A stretch of 64,000 nucleotides of DNA from positions 1 to 64,000 of the IMG/VR virus record IMGVR_UViG_2630968627_000001. One strand, 5' to 3'. The stretch's first letter is position 1, and every line of letters starts with the position of its first letter. Shown one piece after another: positions 57,578 through 64,000 of this stretch. The notes beneath the pieces were generated by a model, which saw nothing but the letters and a program-made list of their open reading frames with translations, was not told where the DNA came from and did no database searches. This DNA is from a virus (taxonomy: Duplodnaviria > Caudoviricetes). The position numbers and the translations under genes are program-made.

Positions 57578-60500
57578 TTACTCTCCATAAGGGCCGCCCC
57601 AGTTGCTGCCCCAGCCAGTAGCAGGCGGGGTCAGGTCTGGGAGACCGAAACCAATATCTGTGTTGACCGTACCGGGAGGCAGGATCTGCCTAACCGAACC
57701 GAATAACTCCATAGTGCGCACCAGGTTGTTTGCCGGCGACGTAGTCATGACAGACTTTACTGCTTGCGCCGACACACTACCATCGGCAAAGGCTGCTGTC
57801 ACGACGTAGAAACCGCTGCCTGCCAGACCCCCAGGCGCAGGGGTTGCTCGCACCGAGATCTGCATAGCGGATACCCACTTGACCTCTTTGCCGAAGTCGA
57901 TGGTAACGCCAGTAGGTGGTACGTCCTGTTTGGTGTATCCGGGAAACCCGGCTTGCTGCCATTTGAACGATTTACCATTGGTGTTACGCAGAACTACTTT
58001 GGTTGGGTCAGACTTCAGGATCCCGCCGATGGCGTCCGTCAGGTTATCTTCGGTGCGCAGACCCCCGCCCGTATCGCCTACCCCGCCTACGTCAAAGAAG
58101 CGTGAGATCGGCAGACGATCCTGGAACCAGAAGGTGTTGCGCATGGACAGGTCTGCCTTGTATCCAGCGAACATCTCTCGGACAGTCCCGGTGGTATCCT
58201 GCACGTACGCGATTGGCGTGTTGTACGAAACAGGTGTGTCGTGTCCATAGCTGGCAATCAACATGAGATTGTCGCGCAGGTACGAGGTCTGGCGAATGTA
58301 CTGTGCAATCGATTGCAAAGTATTGTCAGGCTCCGAACGCAGCTCATGCAGGAGTGGCAGCATGTACGTGTTACCGGGGGGGATCGGCGGGTTGTCCGAG
58401 GCGAGGCTGTAGCGGAAGCCGTGGACGTAGCGGGCAACGAATCGTCCTTCATCGCCTTGCACGACTGCGGCAACAGACAGCGCCCCATTGCGCAGGACTT
58501 CGCCAATCGTACGGGTGCCGGAGTCAGGAGTCGAACCGCCTACCTCTTTGTCGAAGATGGCATCGCCTACGCGACCGCTCATGGTCTCGTCTAGGCCCTG
58601 TATGGACAGGACTTGCTTGCCCGCGATGCTGTCCGGGATCTGTACCGTACCGGCTACCTTCTCGACCGCCCCGACGGTGCCGTCCATCTTCCAGTACAAA
58701 GCGCCTACCGCGCCCCTTGTCGGGCCGTTGACGATCTTGGAAGGGAAGTCCCCGGAGCGCATGCTGTCGTAGTAGGCGGAGGTGATAGAGCCGTCGTACA
58801 ACGTGAACACGTCGCCTACAGACATGCCTTCAAACGGGGAGTTGGCCACCCAGATGTTAGACGTGAACCCGACAACCCCCTCGCGCATGACGTCAGGCAG
58901 TGGTGCCTGGGAGCCAAGCCGATTGGAGTTGGTCGAAGTCGGCAGATAGCTGAAGCGTACCGTCTGGGACTGATTCATCATGAAGTCCACGATGTCGCAG
59001 TAAGTCAGTGCGCCTTGCTTGTCGATGTAGCCGAACCAGGGGCCTTCCCCGCGAATGCAGCTACGCAAGGTGGGGTGGACAGGGGTCTGGTAGCCAGCGC
59101 CGCCCAGAGGAGCGTATCCGCTGTAGTCCGGCTTACGATCCACAGGGATGTAGGACGGGGTTTTGATCGGGGTACGGATGCGTCGTGGCAAGGGGTTCGG
59201 TGGACGACCTGCGACGGGGGTGTGAACGAATACACCGTCCTTACGGATGACCCCGTCGCCTACCAAGAACGCCGCGTTGTCGGTGACGATGTACTTACCT
59301 TCCGATCCCAACATCTCTACCGTGTCGTCGCCCAGGATGACCATCTCAAAGGCTTCCAGGAAGTTGTTCGACAGTGGGTAGCTGGTGCAATACTCGCGCA
59401 CCCCGGAACGTACTTTACTCAAGCCGGATGCCGTGATGGCGTATAGATCCCCGCCCTCTACTGTGACGATAATTGCAGGCCCAGGCTCGGGCAGCAGACG
59501 GCTATTGTGGAAGAAGGCAACGGACAGGGCTTGCGGCACGTTGGTGACTGCTGGCCAGAGGTTGTTCGTGGCGTAGTCACCCCAGATATGGACGTCGCCA
59601 TTGGCGGTCAACGCAGCGAACAGTGCCATGACTTCGTTAGGTAGGTCTCGCCGCCCCGCGCCAGCCAGAGAGATGACCTGGGAGCCGGGGGATGTGATAC
59701 CCGAGGGCAGCGGGGAGATCCCATCGTAGAATACGCCCGTGGAGTTGATTACTCCGGCAGACCCGTCGTTCTTGATCGTCAGGTACTGGACGTCGGCTGC
59801 GTTGTTGTCATCCCACTTGTGCTGGGCGATGACCGCGTACTGCACCCCAGTGGCCAGTCGCGCCGGGATCCCGCCGTTACGGGAGTGCCATAGCTCGCCA
59901 TCGGCGTTAACCATGGACGTGACCGAGTTGGACAAATCGTAGCCCGTTGCCATGTACAAGACCCGGTCTACCCGCGATACGCAGCGAGCGCCCTTCAAGG
60001 CCATAGCTTCGTTCATGTTCTCGCCGCGCATACGATTGGTCGCGCCATGGATGAAGGTCAGGCCATTGGACAGTACGCCGTGGTTGGGCACAGGAATGGA
60101 GTAGCCGATGTGGACGTCGGTAGGGATGTAATCGCGGATCTTGCCCAGGATCTCCAGGACCGCCCCGGTCACCCACGGGGGAGGCACGTCGGGGTTGATG
60201 TTGATCGTCAGGCCCGGATCCCAGGGGAACTCTTGGCCATCTGCGGTACGCACTACCAGGTCGTATACCTCGCGGGTCGGGGAGATGGTAGCGATGTCCT
60301 TGTTGAAGATGATCGTCGCTTTATTGGAATCAGGGATGGCCTCTACCCACGTCTGCGACTCTTCGTCCCACATATTGACGTTCAGCATGGTTTCCTGGAG
60401 AGCTTTCTCCAGGTCTGGGTCAACGACTTCGGGGTGTAGGTAATCCAGTGTCTTGACGCCCACCTGGCTGAACATGGAGGACATACCATAGCCGGAGAAG

Positions 60501-60676
60501 GCCAGGATAATGTTGGGATCCCAAGTGCCCTCCAACTGCGGCACGTAGTCGAAGAAAGAATCGGCAATAGTGTAGCGAACCAGGACAATCCTATCCTCTG
60601 GTTCTGGGGCCTCCCCCCGGCCCATACGGGGAAGAGGCCCAGGCGTGGCCATACGGCCTGGGAGAAACGAAAACAT
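57578..60676 (-). CDS. Large virion/tail protein, RCC1-like repeats suspected
   Basis: ALTANGDVHIWG-type motifs; ends in GWGSNWGGPYG. Confidence 0.6.
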   Translation of the reverse strand: MFSFLPGRMATPGPLPRMGRGEAPEPEDRIVLVRYTIADSFFDYVPQLEGTWDPNIILAFSGYGMSSMFSQVGVKTLDYLHPEVVDPDLEKALQETMLNVNMWDEESQTWVEAIPDSNKATIIFNKDIATISPTREVYDLVVRTADGQEFPWDPGLTININPDVPPPWVTGAVLEILGKIRDYIPTDVHIGYSIPVPNHGVLSNGLTFIHGATNRMRGENMNEAMALKGARCVSRVDRVLYMATGYDLSNSVTSMVNADGELWHSRNGGIPARLATGVQYAVIAQHKWDDNNAADVQYLTIKNDGSAGVINSTGVFYDGISPLPSGITSPGSQVISLAGAGRRDLPNEVMALFAALTANGDVHIWGDYATNNLWPAVTNVPQALSVAFFHNSRLLPEPGPAIIVTVEGGDLYAITASGLSKVRSGVREYCTSYPLSNNFLEAFEMVILGDDTVEMLGSEGKYIVTDNAAFLVGDGVIRKDGVFVHTPVAGRPPNPLPRRIRTPIKTPSYIPVDRKPDYSGYAPLGGAGYQTPVHPTLRSCIRGEGPWFGYIDKQGALTYCDIVDFMMNQSQTVRFSYLPTSTNSNRLGSQAPLPDVMREGVVGFTSNIWVANSPFEGMSVGDVFTLYDGSITSAYYDSMRSGDFPSKIVNGPTRGAVGALYWKMDGTVGAVEKVAGTVQIPDSIAGKQVLSIQGLDETMSGRVGDAIFDKEVGGSTPDSGTRTIGEVLRNGALSVAAVVQGDEGRFVARYVHGFRYSLASDNPPIPPGNTYMLPLLHELRSEPDNTLQSIAQYIRQTSYLRDNLMLIASYGHDTPVSYNTPIAYVQDTTGTVREMFAGYKADLSMRNTFWFQDRLPISRFFDVGGVGDTGGGLRTEDNLTDAIGGILKSDPTKVVLRNTNGKSFKWQQAGFPGYTKQDVPPTGVTIDFGKEVKWVSAMQISVRATPAPGGLAGSGFYVVTAAFADGSVSAQAVKSVMTTSPANNLVRTMELFGSVRQILPPGTVNTDIGFGLPDLTPPATGWGSNWGGPYGE

Positions 60677-60685
60677 GCCTACTCC

Positions 60686-61864
60686 TTACGCAGAGACCAG
60701 CCAGGCGGAGAACGTACCTACGTACTCCAGCACGACGTTGGATCCAGCAGCGATGGCAGCGCCAGGCGGGAAGGTGGTGACCTTGGTCCCCGCGTCCATG
60801 GTGACTGCCGTTACCGGGCAAGAGAAGCCAATACGCAGTTGCTGCCCGTCAACAGGATCCGCAGGCAGTACGATAGTAGCGGCAGGCGTAGCTACTGTGT
60901 TGTCCTCGGAGATCAGCATCAGACGCTGCACGCCGCCCGATACAGCGACCGGAGTGCCGGGGGTGATGTCCACGATCTGGCGGGTGGATTCGGGTAGTAC
61001 CATCTCGGTTTGGCCAACCAGATCCCAGGTGTTGTTGTCGCGCTTGTACAGCGAGACGGTGGCACCCTTGCCAGCCAGCACCAACGAGCCCATGAACGGT
61101 ACGCGGATGTTGACCCCGCTGGCAGCAACAAGCGAGACCATGTTGTCCGAGTTGTGGCGGATGGTTAGGGAGTCGCCTACCTGGAAGCTACCCGCTACGT
61201 GTGCCGGTACAGTGATCTCGATGTCGGCCGCCCCGTTGGCCACCAGGTACTTCAAGGTGTGCTGGGCGGAGTCCAAGGTAGTGCTGGCCGATACGGCTAC
61301 CGAAGCAGGTCTGGCCAGAGCAGTAGCGGTGTCCAATGCGGCGTTGGCGTTTGTGACGGCAGAGGCAGCGGCCTGGCTGGTTGTATCCATGTCCGATTCC
61401 AGGTCCTCCAGGCGGTTGTCTACGCTGGTCTTCCAGGCGGGGTCGAGACCGGAGCTGGGGACCATGGCGGATCCGCCAATCCATTGTGTACCGTCAAAGT
61501 ACAACGAGCGGTCCTGGCCAGCGGCAAGCGCCATGCAGGTTACACTCCATCCTCGTTTGGGGCGGAAGACAGCCCAGCGAGTGGCAGGTGTGGTGCCGCC
61601 CAGGAACATGGCGATGCAGTTTGCAGACGATTGCGCCCCGCCGTCCCAGGCAGTCGTGGAGTCACCCTTGACCAGGAACCGATTACCTACGACCAGATCG
61701 CCGCTGGGTACGTCGTCGGGGGTGCCGTAGGCCGTGCTCTTGACGTCGCAATGGATAAGCGTATCCAGCAACATCAGGTTGTTGTTCATCGGGTTACCCC
61801 ACTGGTTTTCCCCGTCGTTCCAGCCGGACGTGACGCCCAGGTTCTTTCCTTGAATTGCGGCCAT
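60686..61864 (-). CDS. DUF2793-like tail fibre protein
   Basis: GWNDGENQWGNPMNNNLMLLD start; WAVFRPKRGW; short coiled coil. Confidence 0.72.
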   Translation of the reverse strand: MAAIQGKNLGVTSGWNDGENQWGNPMNNNLMLLDTLIHCDVKSTAYGTPDDVPSGDLVVGNRFLVKGDSTTAWDGGAQSSANCIAMFLGGTTPATRWAVFRPKRGWSVTCMALAAGQDRSLYFDGTQWIGGSAMVPSSGLDPAWKTSVDNRLEDLESDMDTTSQAAASAVTNANAALDTATALARPASVAVSASTTLDSAQHTLKYLVANGAADIEITVPAHVAGSFQVGDSLTIRHNSDNMVSLVAASGVNIRVPFMGSLVLAGKGATVSLYKRDNNTWDLVGQTEMVLPESTRQIVDITPGTPVAVSGGVQRLMLISEDNTVATPAATIVLPADPVDGQQLRIGFSCPVTAVTMDAGTKVTTFPPGAAIAAGSNVVLEYVGTFSAWLVSA

Positions 61865-61865
61865 C

Positions 61866-64000
61866 TTAGCCTCCGAAGTTATTACCGTAATCGAAGCCCC
61901 AGCCTGTATCAGCGCCAGTAGCTACATGTTCAAAAGTGTGCGAGTAGGTCATCAAACTGCGCACGCCATCCCGTTCCGAGTACAGCTCAAACCGGACGTT
62001 ACGGGGACTACCCTTGTCGGCGGAATCTGCCTCGGAGAAGGTGAACGTACGCTCGGTCTCAGACGTCATCTCCTTCAGCACTGTATTGTCGTCTGCGTTG
62101 TAGACTCGCGCAACGTAAACCGCGCCCTCTTCAGGAGTAATATGCGTCCCCTCCTGGCCGGTGATTGTGCTGTGTTGCGTGATCCGGTTGCGTCCGTTCC
62201 ATGTGAATACCGCATCCCCTACGACCAAGTCGTTGCGCCACAGAGGGACGTCGTTCAGGCGGACCCGTCCGGGGGCGTATGGCTTATCCTGCCGGCCTTC
62301 CATCACTACAGTCTTCGTAGGGACCAGGGCGGCGTTGACTTGGCCGGTCATGGAGCGGGGCAGTACCTTGCCTCGTACCGTATCCCCTTGAACGTAAGGG
62401 GTGCGCTGGGCGGCATACCCGGCTGTACCGGCAGTGGCCGAACGCATCATCCAGATGTCTTCCCCTTCGGTGTGCAGTACCGGGATGGTATCCAGGCACC
62501 CTCGGTTCACGAAGACTTCTACCGTGTTGGCCTGCTGATCGATGTTACCCAAGGCAGTGATCTGTACATACTCCCGCCCGATCAACAGGAGCTGACCAGC
62601 AGCGAGGCGGTTGGAGCGAGGCAGCAGGAACATCGTGGCAGCTCGGTCAGGCTGTGCGGCCTTCAGAGTGAAGTGCTCGGCCCAGTCGCCAATGACCTTA
62701 TCGACCAGCGCCGTCGTGCGACCGGAGACCAAGCGGTAGTTCATGTTGCGGCCGGTGGTCGGTTGGGCGGCCTTGCCCATCAGGTACGAGTCAGAAGGTG
62801 CAACGTCCGCCAGAGCGTCATGATCCATGCGGCGAGCCAGCTCTGCATACGGTACTTCCAGCAGATCCCAGAATTCAGCCGGGTGGGGTTCGTTGGGTGG
62901 TGGCCGATGTCCTTCGCTTGGCGGTGTGATGGTGCCGTGTTTGGGCAGACCAAAGACGTCCTGGACTACCTTCAGGCGGATAGCGCCGGACTCGGTGTCG
63001 CTGACTTCACCTACACGTACAGCGATGTCATGGATGTTCAACGAAGGCTCATGGATGCGGATGACAGACCCAGGCACGATCCAGTACCCGCGACGGTCTA
63101 CCGTGATGGTCAGGCGGCGCAGGTTCGGGGTGGCCTTGGAGTTGAGATCTCGTTTGGCCAGACGTGCCGCCAGGTCGCCAGTGGGGACGGCAGGGTAGCG
63201 CGAGGTGGTGCTGTAGATCGCCTTTTGCTGGTGGATCGAAGACAGGGACTGCTCTCGTACTTGGCGCTCTTCGTTGGTGATGGGGTCGGTGTAGATGACG
63301 ATCACTTCGTTGATAAGGGCGCTGCCCATAGCGTTGGAATTGTCCGTGATGGACAGCAGGCCATTGCCTCGGGAGAAGATCGGGATGTTGTCCAGATCGT
63401 AGTTGTCCCGGATCAGACGGAAGGTCAGCTTGCCGGTGTACGGGTCTGGGTAGAGCACCCCGCCTACGTGGTCTATGATCTGCTGGGCGAAGGCGTCCAG
63501 GTCACCGTCCCGCTTCCATACAATACAAAGACCGAAGCCTTCTTGAACAAAGACAGCCGCCGCATGCTGGAAGCTCTCGATGTCGATCAGGTGGGAGTTG
63601 GTGCGGTAGTCTGACAGTGGTCGGCTGCGGTCAGGGGAGCGCAAGCTGCGGCCCCACTCAGAGTTGGATACGCACTCGAACAGGATGCAGGCCGGGTTCA
63701 TGGCCTTGATGCGGCCGTTGCTCAAGTAGATGACCGGATCTACTCCGGGGAGCTGGTCCTGGATACTGTCAGGCCGGGTACGGCGCAGGCGGAAGGCCCA
63801 GGGCTTGGGGTAGGGGTTCATGGAGCAGACCAGGCCAGAGTAGTGAGCTACCGCCGCCCGCTTGTACCCAGGGACAGGACCGTTGGGGTCTGCCTCGGAG
63901 CTGGCGCTCAATACCTCTTCGCGGGTCAGCCCTACCGCAGGGGACGCCTGGGTGATGGCCTGGGTCAGGTCTGTCTGGGACCAGCCGGACGTGACGAACA
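61866..64000 (-). CDS. Central tail hub / host-specificity protein, 5' end outside the window
   Basis: NPY.KPW.F, MNPA.I..E......WG, EGFGL...W, I.DH.G, RG..DT.P..H; frame stays open to the edge. Confidence 0.8.
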   Translation of the reverse strand, partial: FVTSGWSQTDLTQAITQASPAVGLTREEVLSASSEADPNGPVPGYKRAAVAHYSGLVCSMNPYPKPWAFRLRRTRPDSIQDQLPGVDPVIYLSNGRIKAMNPACILFECVSNSEWGRSLRSPDRSRPLSDYRTNSHLIDIESFQHAAAVFVQEGFGLCIVWKRDGDLDAFAQQIIDHVGGVLYPDPYTGKLTFRLIRDNYDLDNIPIFSRGNGLLSITDNSNAMGSALINEVIVIYTDPITNEERQVREQSLSSIHQQKAIYSTTSRYPAVPTGDLAARLAKRDLNSKATPNLRRLTITVDRRGYWIVPGSVIRIHEPSLNIHDIAVRVGEVSDTESGAIRLKVVQDVFGLPKHGTITPPSEGHRPPPNEPHPAEFWDLLEVPYAELARRMDHDALADVAPSDSYLMGKAAQPTTGRNMNYRLVSGRTTALVDKVIGDWAEHFTLKAAQPDRAATMFLLPRSNRLAAGQLLLIGREYVQITALGNIDQQANTVEVFVNRGCLDTIPVLHTEGEDIWMMRSATAGTAGYAAQRTPYVQGDTVRGKVLPRSMTGQVNAALVPTKTVVMEGRQDKPYAPGRVRLNDVPLWRNDLVVGDAVFTWNGRNRITQHSTITGQEGTHITPEEGAVYVARVYNADDNTVLKEMTSETERTFTFSEADSADKGSPRNVRFELYSERDGVRSLMTYSHTFEHVATGADTGWGFDYGNNFGG

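Overview
This window is part of a GC-rich tailed dsDNA phage genome. The tail hub and lysis genes suggest a siphovirus of a Gram-negative, probably proteobacterial, host. Almost every credible gene is on the minus strand. Read right to left, it contains a tail hub and receptor-binding proteins (52-64 kb), a lysis cassette (50.5-51.9 kb) and a Ycf46-like AAA/DUF1257/DUF2997 operon (46.4-50.4 kb). Next comes a replication-recombination block (30-46 kb): initiator, DnaC-like protein, DnaB, UDG-like/PolA fusion, primase, gp32-like SSB, SF2 helicase, RecA, Cas4-like nuclease and two resolvases. A ParB / ParB-methyltransferase / CmoA-like cluster lies directly upstream of TerS-TerL (22.6-28.5 kb). 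PhoH and accessory genes follow, then a ~14 kb early region of small genes built from repeated promoter-leader cassettes. Best candidates for undescribed biology: (1) a packaging-linked carboxy-SAM-type DNA modification cluster; (2) a perfect 14-bp palindrome, TGCAATCGATTGCA, in at least 14 exact copies at promoters and inside genes; (3) short Arg-rich terminal tags on about 20 DNA-metabolism proteins, alongside an SSB with a repetitive RG/acidic tail; (4) a repeated motif and a mirror-symmetric non-coding block bracketing the early region; (5) a 26-bp inverted repeat enclosing 89 nt. All family calls come from reading motifs by eye; no searches were run.
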